Part shown: in pieces, positions 19,152-30,204 of the stretch
How positions within the stretch are numbered: the stretch's first letter is position 1
How the letters are laid out: each line of letters begins with the position of its first letter
Assembly (NCBI GenBank): GCA_038845975.1
Contig: JAWBQF010000008.1
Span: 1 to 64,000, forward strand
Source of the DNA: Candidatus Methanomethylicia archaeon
GTDB taxonomy: Archaea > Thermoproteota > Methanomethylicia > CALHIW01
Length of the DNA stretch: 64,000 nucleotides
Reading direction: 5' to 3'
Notes under the pieces: generated by a model
The model's database searches: none
The model's input: the letters and a program-made list of their open reading frames with translations, nothing else
What the model was told of the DNA's origin: nothing
Program-made: the position numbers and the translations under genes

Positions 19152-19967
19152 TTATTCATTTTCCCCCCTTCTATACATGTCTATTATATCTTGAGGTATA
19201 GGCGGGGTTTTACGTTTATGTTCGCTTGAAGAAATCATTTTAAGTATTTTCCCAATATCTTTAATACTTACTTCAGCCTTCCTAGATAGTTCCTCAACAC
19301 TTAGCCCTAAATCATATAGTCCGTATAGTATAACATCTATTTTACTGTAGCTTAATCCTAGCTCCTCTTCAGCTAGATGTTTTCTCCATAGTCTTGGACT
19401 ACTTGGCTTATTAACTATTGATTCTGGAAGTTTAAGATATGCTGCAAGTCTTCTTACAGTTGTCTTGTATAGGCTTCCAATAGGTAGTATATCAACTCCT
19501 CCATCTCCATACTTTGTAAAATATCCAATCATAATTTCACTTCTATCCCCTGAGCCAGCTACAAGCATTTTCATACTGTTAGCATAGTAGTATAGTATTG
19601 ACATACGTATTCTAGCCCTCAAATTACCATCTGCAACTCTACCTCCCTTAAGCTTTAGATTTCTCCTGTAGGTTTTAATGATGCGTTTAATATCGATTAT
19701 TTGATGTCTTATTTTAAGAATAGATGATAGATGTAAAGCATCATCAACATCCTCTTTAGGTGTAATATCTGAATCAGGCATAATAAGACCTAAAACCCTA
19801 CTACTACCTAAAGCCCTAACAGATAAAGCTGCAGTAACAGAGGAGTCTAATCCACCACTTAACCCAATAACAACACCATTAACATTAAAGCCTGAAACAT
19901 AACTTAGAATAAAGTTAGATATCTTCTCTATAACTATATCATAGTTTAAATCAGGTAATGTAAGCAT
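19152..19967 (-). CDS. nadE: NH3-dependent NAD+ synthetase
   Basis: GLSGGLDS; GNLRARIRM; GYFTKYGDGG; KPSSP.LW; SEHKR..P. Confidence 0.96.
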   Translation of the reverse strand: MLTLPDLNYDIVIEKISNFILSYVSGFNVNGVVIGLSGGLDSSVTAALSVRALGSSRVLGLIMPDSDITPKEDVDDALHLSSILKIRHQIIDIKRIIKTYRRNLKLKGGRVADGNLRARIRMSILYYYANSMKMLVAGSGDRSEIMIGYFTKYGDGGVDILPIGSLYKTTVRRLAAYLKLPESIVNKPSSPRLWRKHLAEEELGLSYSKIDVILYGLYDLGLSVEELSRKAEVSIKDIGKILKMISSSEHKRKTPPIPQDIIDMYRRGENE

Positions 19968-20507
19968 ATAGCATGAATGCTAATCCCTCTAATAAACTTA
20001 TATGATTTCAACCTAATACTTAGCTATGAATTAATAACTTATACTATGTAAAACTAATAATATCCATTAATTAAGTTAATAATTGATTTTAAACAGTATT
20101 ACTGTAGCAAAACCACAAAAACTATAAAATATAATATATCCCTTAAGACTAGTAGTAATGGTTGGTTTAAGCTTTTAGTAGTAAGCAGTAGAAAATTTAG
20201 ATAAAGTTTTATTCATCATTAACTTCATATTTCAACTAGAGATTATTGTTTCTAAGATTTAGTTGATATTGCAGTTTAGATAAATGTTAAGTATTTACAA
20301 GTAGAGATCTTCGTAAAGTTTAACATTGGATTTAGTAATGTTACCGATTCTATATTTAATATGTTAGGGTTATTAGTGTATTCATAGTTGATGATTAGGT
20401 AGGTTTAGGATAGATCTGAATTAATAGTAGGTAGGGATTGCATTGTTTAGAATGATTGTTAAATTATTAAGGCTTTAGATAAGTGTAAGAGTTTATCTGT
20501 ATGAATA

Positions 20508-22436
20508 CTATATGTTAATACCTACTCTATACCCATCTCTTACTGCTTCCAGTATTCTAGCTGGTTTAATACAGTCTCCAATCATGTATGTTTTATATCC
20601 TATTTTGCTTAAATTTTCAGCTAGTTTATTGTTTGGCCTCATACCTACAGCTAGAACAACATGATCTGTTTCAATCTTAAACTGTTCTCTACCTATATCT
20701 ACAATTACTGAATTACTAGTAATTTCTTTAACTCTTGTTTCTGTTAGTATTTTTACTCCTTTCTCTCTTAGTCTTTTAAGAATTATCCATCGTACAGCTA
20801 GATCTAGATCTAAGCCTACACGACTAAGCATTTCAATAATTGTTACGTTTCCACCTTTACTAGTGATATAATCTGCTGTTTCAAGACCTATTCCTCCCCC
20901 TCCAATAACTACTATGTTTCCTATTAGTGTTAGTTTCTTCTCTAGAACCTCTATAGCTGTCCTCACATGTGGAAGATTTACTCCAGGTATATCCGGTATT
21001 ATTGGGGATGCTCCGAGAGCTAATATAATAATATCTGGATTTAAGCTCTTAACATAATCTTCATCAGCTTCCCTGTTTAAAACTACTTTAACACCGTATT
21101 TATTTATTATTGTATTGTAGAAATCTATAAGGTCATGTAATTCCTCTTTGTATGGTGGTTTAGAAGCGATTTTAAGCATTCCTCCTATACTTTCCCCTTT
21201 ATCAATAACTACTACTTTATGTCCTATTGATGCAGCTGTAACTGCAGCTTCTAATCCTGCAGGGCCTGCACCGATTACAAGTATTTTCCTAGTATTTCTA
21301 GTTGGATTTATTTCCGTTTCCTTCATACCTAGTCTCGGATTTACTGTACATTCAACTCTTAATCCCTGGAAAACAACTGATAAGCAATGTACACATCCTA
21401 TACACGGTCTTATCTCGTTAATTCTCCCTTCAAAAGCTTTTCTTGGAAGTTCAGGGTCAGCTATTAATGCTCTACCCATAGAAACCATATCTGCCTTACC
21501 ATCACCTATAATTTTATCAGCAATTACTGGGTTCTTAATTCTAATACACGCAATTACGGGTAGTGATGTATTCCTCTTAATTTCATAGGCTAAATCTACA
21601 AATCCTCCCTGTGGAACTTCTCTTGTTATTAATGGTCTTTGAGATTCATGCCATCCAGCAACTACACTAACGTAATGTATACCTAGCTCTTCAAGTCTCT
21701 TAACAATTGTTTTTGCTTCGTTAATGGTGTTTCCACCATCCATATATTCCTCTGCACTAATTCTACATCCAACTATGAATCTACTTGGAGTTTTCTTCTT
21801 CACCTCTTCAATAATTTCAACTAGAAACCTCACTCTATTCTCTAGGCTACCACCATACTCATCAGTTCTCTTATTGGTTACTGGTGATAGGAATTCACTT
21901 ATTAAGTAGCCTGTACCTGCAAGTATTTCAACCCCATCAAAACCTGCCTGGTAAGCTCTATAAGCAGCTTCACCATAATTCTTCTCCACTTCTCTAATCT
22001 CCTCTCTATTAATTTCTCTAGGTATCTCCCCAGTTAGTCTTGACGGTATGCTTGAAGGAGCAATAGGCTGAATACCTGAAACACTAGATCGAGCATATCT
22101 TCCACCATGTAGAATCTGCAGTATAACTTTAGACCCAAACTTCTTAATGCTATCTGTAAGCTCCCTATAACCGTTAATTAGTGAATCACTATGTATTCCA
22201 AGCATTCCAGGATGTGTTTTACCTCTAAGCTCAGGGTAAGCTCCACCTACAGTTATTAATCCAACACCTCCCTTAGCTCTCTCAACATAGAAGTTAATTA
22301 ATTGATTGGTTACTGATCCATCACTATCAGCATATCCCATCATTAATCCAGGCATTACAATTCTATTCTTAAGCTCAACTCCACCAATAGTTATAGGCTT
22401 AAATAAATAGTTAAGCATGTAAACACCGTAAAACAA
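20508..22436 (-). CDS. NADH:flavin oxidoreductase (OYE TIM barrel + Fe-S + FAD domain; FadH / BaiH-like)
   Basis: LKNRIVM; ERAKGG.G; QILHGGR; GFDGVE; N.RTDEYGGSLENR; CIGCVHC...C.VNP; GAGPAGLE. Start may be ATG near 22418. Confidence 0.92.
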   Translation of the reverse strand: MFYGVYMLNYLFKPITIGGVELKNRIVMPGLMMGYADSDGSVTNQLINFYVERAKGGVGLITVGGAYPELRGKTHPGMLGIHSDSLINGYRELTDSIKKFGSKVILQILHGGRYARSSVSGIQPIAPSSIPSRLTGEIPREINREEIREVEKNYGEAAYRAYQAGFDGVEILAGTGYLISEFLSPVTNKRTDEYGGSLENRVRFLVEIIEEVKKKTPSRFIVGCRISAEEYMDGGNTINEAKTIVKRLEELGIHYVSVVAGWHESQRPLITREVPQGGFVDLAYEIKRNTSLPVIACIRIKNPVIADKIIGDGKADMVSMGRALIADPELPRKAFEGRINEIRPCIGCVHCLSVVFQGLRVECTVNPRLGMKETEINPTRNTRKILVIGAGPAGLEAAVTAASIGHKVVVIDKGESIGGMLKIASKPPYKEELHDLIDFYNTIINKYGVKVVLNREADEDYVKSLNPDIIILALGASPIIPDIPGVNLPHVRTAIEVLEKKLTLIGNIVVIGGGGIGLETADYITSKGGNVTIIEMLSRVGLDLDLAVRWIILKRLREKGVKILTETRVKEITSNSVIVDIGREQFKIETDHVVLAVGMRPNNKLAENLSKIGYKTYMIGDCIKPARILEAVRDGYRVGINI

Positions 22437-22890
22437 TGTAGTAAAACAATATAAACATTTCTAATTCCTTTACAAGTTTTAAGCTACATGGTTATAGATG
22501 GACATACATACTTCCAAGCAAATTCATCAGGAAGTCTTCAAGATGAACTCTGAAGGCTTAATAAGACTATGACATCCATTATTAAACCATCCTTCAAACT
22601 TTAACAATCTCTAATAGGAAGCATGCTTCCAGAGTAGAGGAGTGAAGAACTCCTTCATTAAAGAACTAATAGAATTGAGTTGTAGTGAAATTGATAAAGT
22701 AATAGTGTAGGATTTCAGATGTTAAACATTCTTGAAGATATGGTGACATTGAAAAATACACTATAATATAGTCGATAAAAATATATTGTTTTAGATATTT
22801 TTATGTTGGTGTTTATGTTTTCGAAAATGTCTACTATGAATAATATGTTTAGCTTGTTGAGGTATATTTTAGTATTTATGGTGGTTAACT

Positions 22891-24057
22891 ATGAGGATAT
22901 TTCTAGGTTCCGAGTATGAATTAGTTAGAAAGCAGGCAAGAGAATTCGCTGAGAAAAAGCTTAGACCTGTTGTGAGAAGGTTTGATGAAGAGGAGGTTTT
23001 CCCCTGGGATTTATGGAGGGAGGCTGCTGAGCTTGGATATACTGGTTTAATGATACCTGAAGAATACGGTGGTTCAGGAACAGATCCCCTATTAGCGGTA
23101 GTTATAGTTGAAGAATTATCTAGAGGTTTTCCAGCTTTCAGCTTATCTCTACTTGCCCATTTCTGTCTTGCAGGATATAATATTGCTAGGGAGGGTAATG
23201 AGGATCAGAAGAAGCGGTATTTACCTATACTAGCTAGCGGTAAAGCTATTGGTGCTATGGGGTTAACGGAGCCTGAAGCAGGCTCCGACGCTACAGGTAT
23301 TAAAACTACTGCTAGAAGAGATGGAGACTACTATGTATTGAATGGTGTGAAAACATTTATAACAAATGCACCTATAGCTAATGTTTTCCTCATATACGCT
23401 AAGACAAGTCCCGAGAAGAATGCTCATGGTATTTCAGTATTTATAGTGGAGAGAAGTTTTCCAGGCTTATCTACAAGTAAGCCGTTTGAGAAGATGGGTA
23501 ATCGCGCCTCACCAACAGGTGAAATATATCTTAATGAATGTAGGGTTCCTAGAGAAAATCTTGTAGGAGAGGAGGATAAGGGTGTTTACGCTATGATGAG
23601 GGGGCTAGATATTGAGAGGATAATTATTTCAGCTATAGCATTGGGAATTATGCAGTGGTCTATTGAAATCTCTAAGGAATTCGCTGCTCAAAGAATTCAG
23701 TTTGGAAGACGGATTGCTGAGTTTCAAATGATTCAGGAGAAGCTAGCTGAAATGGCTATATTTTTAGAAGCTTCAAGAATATATCTTTACGAGGCAGCTA
23801 AAAAATGGAAGATAACTCCAGGAGATCGAGGTATTCGTGGAACAGCTGCATCAGTAAAGTTTTTCGTATGGGATGCTGCGGAGAAGATTGCAAGGGAAGC
23901 CATACAGATTCTAGGAGGTTATGGATACATGAGGGAGAATATTGTTGAAATGCTTTATAGGGATGCTAGACTTGGACCTATAGGGGCTGGAACAGCTGAA
24001 ATAGATAAGCTAGTTGTTTTCAGAGAGCTTATGCTGAGAGGTGACTTCACAGTATAA
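22891..24057 (+). CDS. Acyl-CoA dehydrogenase (isovaleryl-CoA DH-like)
   Basis: MGLTEPEAGSDA; LNG.K.FITNAP; KMG.RASPT; LDIER; R.QFG..I..FQ; QILGGYGY. Confidence 0.93.
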   Translation: MRIFLGSEYELVRKQAREFAEKKLRPVVRRFDEEEVFPWDLWREAAELGYTGLMIPEEYGGSGTDPLLAVVIVEELSRGFPAFSLSLLAHFCLAGYNIAREGNEDQKKRYLPILASGKAIGAMGLTEPEAGSDATGIKTTARRDGDYYVLNGVKTFITNAPIANVFLIYAKTSPEKNAHGISVFIVERSFPGLSTSKPFEKMGNRASPTGEIYLNECRVPRENLVGEEDKGVYAMMRGLDIERIIISAIALGIMQWSIEISKEFAAQRIQFGRRIAEFQMIQEKLAEMAIFLEASRIYLYEAAKKWKITPGDRGIRGTAASVKFFVWDAAEKIAREAIQILGGYGYMRENIVEMLYRDARLGPIGAGTAEIDKLVVFRELMLRGDFTV

Positions 24058-24068
24058 TAGGTGATATT

Positions 24069-25211
24069 GTGAGTTCTCCTATTTCAGGTATTAGAGTTCT
24101 CGACTTAACAAGACTTTTACCAGGCGCATTCTGTACCATGATTCTTGCTGATCTAGGAGCTGAAGTTATAAAGATTGAGGAGCCAGGTATAGGTGACTAT
24201 ATGAGGTATATGCCTCCACTAGTTAATGGTGTAAGCATATATCATATCATACTTAACAGAAACAAGAAAAGCATATCTCTAAACCTAAAGAATGATGAGG
24301 AGCGTAAACTATTTCTAGAGCTAGCTAGGAATTCTGATGTTGTTGTTGAGGGTTTTAGACCTGGTGTTGCTTGTAGGCTAGGTATTGACTATAATATTGT
24401 TAAAAACATTAATCCAGGAGTAATCTACTGCTCCATAACTGGTTATGGACAGAGTAGTGTTTATGCTTATAGAGCAGGTCATGATTTAAACTATATTAGC
24501 CTAGCAGGTATTCTTTCAGCCTCTCAGAAAACATGTGAGAACCTACCTGCTATACCGCCAGTACAGATTGCTGATTTATCTGGTGGCGTTTTAGCTTCTC
24601 TATCAATACTTGCAGCATTAATTCAAAGGGAAAGAACAGGTAGGGGAGTATATATAGATATATCCATGACAGATTCTTCACTTCTCTGGAATATAGTTAA
24701 TGTAGCGGTATGTATAGCTCTTAATAGACAGCCTAATGAAGAGGATTTAAAGTTAACTGGTGGGTATGGATGCTATAGAGTCTATGAGGCAAGTGATGGT
24801 AGATACATATCTGTAGGTGCATTGGAAAACAAGTTTTGGATCAATCTATGTATGGCTTTAGGACTATATAATCTAGCTTCAAAACAGTATTCAAGAGGGG
24901 AACGTATTATGGTTGTTGATGAGTTGAGGAATACATTTAAAGGTAAGACTCAAAGTGAATGGTTAAAGATTTTGGAGGATGTTGATACGTGTATAGCTCC
25001 TGTTTTAGATATTTTTGAGGTTTTAAATTCAAGCTATGTTAGGGAGCGCGGCTTAATAGTTGAGATCAATCATCCTAAAGCTGGTAGGGTAAAGATAATG
25101 TTAACCCCTATTAGAATTAATGGATTACTACCTACTCCCCGTTTACATGCGCCTGAACTCGGCGAACATAATAGCGAGTTTCTTCATAATCTTCCTGAAG
25201 ACTCTAAGTAA
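24069..25211 (+). CDS. CaiB/BaiF family III CoA-transferase
   Basis: GIRVLDL; GAEVIKIE; NRNKKS; DVVVEGFRPG; SITGYGQ; GHD.NY; P.LGEH. Confidence 0.94.
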   Translation: MSSPISGIRVLDLTRLLPGAFCTMILADLGAEVIKIEEPGIGDYMRYMPPLVNGVSIYHIILNRNKKSISLNLKNDEERKLFLELARNSDVVVEGFRPGVACRLGIDYNIVKNINPGVIYCSITGYGQSSVYAYRAGHDLNYISLAGILSASQKTCENLPAIPPVQIADLSGGVLASLSILAALIQRERTGRGVYIDISMTDSSLLWNIVNVAVCIALNRQPNEEDLKLTGGYGCYRVYEASDGRYISVGALENKFWINLCMALGLYNLASKQYSRGERIMVVDELRNTFKGKTQSEWLKILEDVDTCIAPVLDIFEVLNSSYVRERGLIVEINHPKAGRVKIMLTPIRINGLLPTPRLHAPELGEHNSEFLHNLPEDSK

Positions 25212-25214
25212 TCT

Positions 25215-26897
25215 TCATATAATTATGCTTATAATACATGTTGAAATATATGTTAATATAATAGATGTAAATAGTAGCTTAATGGCTTTACCTCCTATTT
25301 TTTCAAGTGCTTCAAGAAGCTTCCATACATACTCCCCCATTAACTCTACATCGCTAATCAATAATTTCTTGAACTCTATGTTTACCATAGATGTATTGTT
25401 TATTGAGTTTCTAGCTGCCCTTATTACTGCTTCTGTAAGGTAGGGACATTCCCTAACTATGTAGTAGGGAGATTCTATACTTGTAGCTGCACAGCTATGA
25501 TCATCCGGTGTTGTAATTTCAATATCTGTTATTTTAAACTCTTCTTTAAGTATTCCTATAAGCTTCTCCCTATATTTTCCATCCATATTGTTTCCATATA
25601 TGTATATGATGAGGTATAATTCATTATCTATCTTTAATGCTAGGGATTTAACTATGTTTCTACATATTCCTCTACAGTATCCCTTAATATCCGCCTCACC
25701 ATATCCAGCCATTATCCTAACATCTTTAAAGCTATTTATATTAGCTAATTCACTAATACTACTTGCTAATGTCTTCATGTTCGGGTTTTCTATACCCTTA
25801 AAGCTATGTGAATCAATTATTTGAATAAATTTTAGGTTAAGCTTCTCCCTATACTTTTCAGCTAGTATTTGAAGTCTATATGGTAGATCATCATTTCCAT
25901 CAATACAGTTATGTATGAATACTAGTAATCCACAGTTAAACTTCAACGTGAATAGGGACCAGTTATCTCTAACTAGTCTATGTATTTTTTGAAGATATAT
26001 TTCCTCGTAGTCCTCTCTGCTTTTAACTGCTAATGCAAGTTTTAAAGCTATATTTTCCGCTATTTGGGATTTAACTATGTTTCTATCATGACTACATGGA
26101 GTATGGAAAACCATAACCCTATAGTTACCCTCTAACTCCCTCTCTAAATAGTATGGAAGCCTAGAGCTCCCTACATCTTTAAACGGTCCGAAATGAATTG
26201 ATGGATTGATTAAAACTATTTCCTTATCAAGCCCGCTAATTTTAAATATAGTAGTATCTACAGTATCTTTACAAGCTCTTTCAGAGAATACGTTTTCAAT
26301 TACTTGAGGATTATTAATAGTCCAAGCATTTAAAAACCCTTTAACAAGCCTAAATGGATTAGTATCCATTTTAAAACCGTAGAATCCTATTATGAGTATG
26401 TATATGAGGCTTATTGTTAGGGATGTTATTGCAGTATATATGTGGATTATGGTATTGGCTAAATTCATCTGTGCTGCTAATGCACTTACTATCGATGCAG
26501 CTATTGATGCCATACTTCTAGTTTTTGAAGATACTATAAATGAAACTATTACTACAATTCCAGTACTACAGGAATACATTAACCCATATGTTTCACTCCC
26601 ATACATTATAAGCTCTATAGGAGCCATTATAGCCTGGCTGAATAAGGCTACTCCTAAACTCCTCCTAAACCCTACAAGACTATTCCTAAACCCAATAATG
26701 AAGTATATTAGTAAAACATAGATACATGTACCTAGAAAGTATCTTAGAATGTTTAATGGTAGATTTTCAAGTCTTAGTATAGATCTTAATACTGATACTA
26801 GCAATACTACTACTACATTATAGATTAATGCTCTAAACGTACTTGGAAGCCTAAAGAGCTTATTATACCATTTTCTAATAATAGCCTCATTATCCAT
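25215..26897 (-). CDS. DUF2070 family membrane protein
   Basis: N-terminal TM bundle; HFGPF..VGSS.LP; HTPCSHD; IIDSHS; GNNM; TPDDH. Confidence 0.85.
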   Translation of the reverse strand: MDNEAIIRKWYNKLFRLPSTFRALIYNVVVVLLVSVLRSILRLENLPLNILRYFLGTCIYVLLIYFIIGFRNSLVGFRRSLGVALFSQAIMAPIELIMYGSETYGLMYSCSTGIVVIVSFIVSSKTRSMASIAASIVSALAAQMNLANTIIHIYTAITSLTISLIYILIIGFYGFKMDTNPFRLVKGFLNAWTINNPQVIENVFSERACKDTVDTTIFKISGLDKEIVLINPSIHFGPFKDVGSSRLPYYLERELEGNYRVMVFHTPCSHDRNIVKSQIAENIALKLALAVKSREDYEEIYLQKIHRLVRDNWSLFTLKFNCGLLVFIHNCIDGNDDLPYRLQILAEKYREKLNLKFIQIIDSHSFKGIENPNMKTLASSISELANINSFKDVRIMAGYGEADIKGYCRGICRNIVKSLALKIDNELYLIIYIYGNNMDGKYREKLIGILKEEFKITDIEITTPDDHSCAATSIESPYYIVRECPYLTEAVIRAARNSINNTSMVNIEFKKLLISDVELMGEYVWKLLEALEKIGGKAIKLLFTSIILTYISTCIISIII

Positions 26898-27301
26898 AAC
26901 CCTTTAAACATTAGAGTAATAAAAAACTAACGTGTAGAAATCATTGTAAGCTATTGTTGAATAGTTAACATTATTTAATTTACCTAGCCCTAAACTTCAG
27001 AATAAAGTTACCTCATATAGGATTTTAAAGGTATATTTTAACTAGAAAACTTATTACTAAATCCAGTTACGGTAATGGTTATCTTCTTTCCCAACTGTAT
27101 TAGAGAGATTACTTAATAGCTTCATGTTTCATTAAGCTTACTATATCTCTAATATTAATGAATTCGTAGAGATTATTTGAAACTTTTTAAGATAATGCTA
27201 ATTTTAATATAGTTTATCAAATAAATAATGGATTTCAGTAGACCGTAAATATCATGTAGATATAGAATAATTCAACCATAAAGATGTAATAATATAAAAA
27301 T

Positions 27302-27670
27302 TTATGCTTTTATGTCTACTGGGATTTTAAAGTCTTCAAGCTTTTTAAGTATTGGTATGCAGTTGTTCATGTACTGAGTGTATTCCATGCTTGGTATTGC
27401 ATTTACAACTATTTCTCCAGCTTCCGATACCTTCATTCCATTACCCTCACCATATCTTATTAAACCTAAATCTCTTAATTCCCTTAAATTACACCATACA
27501 GTTGACATTGGAATATCGTATCTAACTGAGAAGTAATGTACAAATCTTGATGCTGTTACTTTATCTTGGAGGAAATACGCCTCAACAAGAAGTCTTCTTT
27601 GAAGGTTTGAAAGCATTCTATTTGCAACTATGTATGATAACTGTCTAAATGCTTTTCTCTTCTTTCTCAA
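27302..27670 (-). CDS. Winged-HTH putative transcription regulator
   Basis: IPMSTVWCNLRELRDLGLI...VSEAG. Confidence 0.7.
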   Translation of the reverse strand: MRKKRKAFRQLSYIVANRMLSNLQRRLLVEAYFLQDKVTASRFVHYFSVRYDIPMSTVWCNLRELRDLGLIRYGEGNGMKVSEAGEIVVNAIPSMEYTQYMNNCIPILKKLEDFKIPVDIKA

Positions 27671-28116
27671 ATTTGGAGTTCCATCACATCCAACCTCATC
27701 ACATCCGTTAAAACGGTTAATTTAGAGTTAAAAGCTTACTTATAAAGTTTTCCTGCAAAAAATTTCACAGTATCATATTCTCATATGTTAATTTAATGTA
27801 CGAGTTTATTTTAAACTTAATTATTTAAGTTGACATGTTAAACTCCTTTTAATTCCAGATAGATTCATATATTAAGTTACGTCCTTAGTAAGCTTTATGG
27901 TTACCATTGGTTAAACATTAAATCAATGAGAATTATATCAGCTACAAAATATAAGAAACATAAATCTAAGTTCTCCAATAATATTTCAATCCTACTGAGA
28001 GCTACTAGATTTCTATAGAATCTTTACTACTTAAAAGTAGGTTTATTAGGGGTTGTTAATGATAATTTTATGTAGAAACGTAGACTTACATCTTTATGAT
28101 CTATATTGGCTACATG

Positions 28117-28911
28117 TTAATTAGTGCTTCTTTTAAGCCATTCCTGATAGTCTTTATATGTTATTCTATATTTTTTCGGAACCATTGGTTCATAGATTAG
28201 TGGTCTCATTGGATATGGATATATCCATTCTATTCCCTTTAACCCTTCAATAATCTTGTCAAGTAGTCCTGCTGGGAAAGCTATCCATATTTCATTCTCC
28301 TCAGTCCCCCCTAGAATTCTCTCTCCAGCGCATGGAATTACAAATGTCATTCTATCTTCATTGTATGCTAGCGGTATAGCTGAACAACTCGATACTCCTA
28401 TGAATTCAGATCTTACAGTTTCTCCATAATATGTTACTGCCTTTATTATTTTACCTATTTGAATAGGGGAACCATATATAACAATTATCTGCGGATCTAC
28501 AAGAGGATTAAGTAAGGATGTTATTATGATTGCCTTTATGTTCGTTTTAAGTATTCTACCTAAAACTCGTTCAAATAGTTTCCTTCCTTCATTAAGAGAT
28601 CTAGCATGAAAAGGATACTCTAACCCTGCCTCTACAATGTATTCAGGTTTCTCCAGTAGATTGAATACAGCTGCTCCCACCATACAGTAGGCATCTTCAA
28701 GAGTATATCCTACTGTAAAACCATAATATCTAGATATGTTAATAGCCTGACATACAGCCCATTTCTGTTTAAAATCTCTATATGGTCTTCTAGCTTTCTC
28801 CGGGATTTCGTTAAGATCATTAGAAAACCTAATACCAACAGGATAAGTATGAAGAGCTAAACTATTTTTTAGAAACTTTATGTTTTCAATCTGCATAACA
28901 TGAAGAACCAT
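28117..28911 (-). CDS. DUF169 family protein
   Basis: YPVGIRF; CQAI..SR..G; C..GAA; P.IIVIYG.P.Q; PC.GER..G....E....FP. Confidence 0.88.
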   Translation of the reverse strand: MVLHVMQIENIKFLKNSLALHTYPVGIRFSNDLNEIPEKARRPYRDFKQKWAVCQAINISRYYGFTVGYTLEDAYCMVGAAVFNLLEKPEYIVEAGLEYPFHARSLNEGRKLFERVLGRILKTNIKAIIITSLLNPLVDPQIIVIYGSPIQIGKIIKAVTYYGETVRSEFIGVSSCSAIPLAYNEDRMTFVIPCAGERILGGTEENEIWIAFPAGLLDKIIEGLKGIEWIYPYPMRPLIYEPMVPKKYRITYKDYQEWLKRSTN

Positions 28912-29591
28912 ATTTAATATTTAAGTTTTTCCATTAGCTACCCACTTTAGAAGTTTATTTAGATGTGTTCCTACCAAGTACTAATTAGTAGTTATGGCTT
29001 CTTCATAATGGTAAACATTCTTCATATTTACAGGCTTTATTAACTTGTTTCCCTGAATGTGTTTGAAGGAGCTAAGTAGCTTCTATCCATTAAGTTATGA
29101 GGCTGTATGTAAGTAAACTCATAGATTTGATAATTTATCATTACTGTATGGGCTTATTTGAGGGAAATGTGGAAGAGTAATATATACAATTTATCATTTC
29201 ACGGAATAATCTAGTATTCCTAAGATTTTAAGATATTGTGTTAAATTTTATTACTTATCGTCTAAATGCTATTGTATACGGTTAAGCTAATGATTAAACA
29301 TCGTCAAATTGATGTAAGATATATTGGAGAATCATGAATATTTGGAAACCTCATAAGAGAATAACTAATATACACTATTAAATTTAATGTATAAATTATA
29401 TTATGCTTAAAATAATTTACAATCTGGATAAGAACACAATATTGCTAAACAATCGAGTAGGTGGAAAATAGGATTGAAAATATGGATTAGTGAATATTTT
29501 AGGAAAGGAGTAAAACAGTATAAAAACATTTAAGTTAATAAAGCATTTATTATGCCTTAATTTACTCTAGAGTCTAAACTATGAGTTAAGT

Positions 29592-29924
29592 TTATTTTCT
29601 TAGAGTATCTAGTACTTTTTTAAGATTTAATGTTTCCATGATGTTTCCAGATATTTTTAGTATTCCCTTAAAAAATGCTTGGTTAGCATCAAGTTCTCCA
29701 CGTAGAATCTTCATTAAATCCTCTTTTTTAAGTATGAGTGTTGCTGTTGGGGATTGATGTTCACCTTTAACTACTATTGCCTTATCATTCTTAAACTCTA
29801 TATAGAATGGTTCTCCATCAGAAACTTTAAATTGAAATATTTTACTCCAACCCCTAATTACCGGGGTAATCTTATCTAGATTTCCCTCCAGATTTTCCTT
29901 TAATATACTAAATGGTTCAGACAT
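29592..29924 (-). CDS. SCP2 sterol/lipid-binding domain protein
   Basis: P.ATL......L.KIL.GELD..QAFFKG.LKISGN.M. Confidence 0.88.
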   Translation of the reverse strand: MSEPFSILKENLEGNLDKITPVIRGWSKIFQFKVSDGEPFYIEFKNDKAIVVKGEHQSPTATLILKKEDLMKILRGELDANQAFFKGILKISGNIMETLNLKKVLDTLRK

Positions 29925-30204
29925 AACGTTCCAGGTATATTTAGCTAAACTAATTAATAAACTTCTCTATTTTGCTTGACTTCATAATTTAGATTTGAAG
30001 ATATATGTAGTTGATAGCTTAAGTTGGCTTCTAGCCGTATGATTAGAATTCATTGATATAGTATTTGTATATTATTGATTTATCCATAATACTCTTAATG
30101 TAGTATTTGGAAGCTTCCATTTCTAGCATAGTACTGTGCAGTTTTAAATGTATAGAGATATATTTGCACACTAGGGATTTAAAGGCTAATAACATCTCTA
30201 TATT

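Noticed and set aside
22488-22553. MVIDGHTY..., an amidohydrolase-like N-terminus
   Set aside because: Only about 21 codons before a stop; too short to call beyond a possible remnant.
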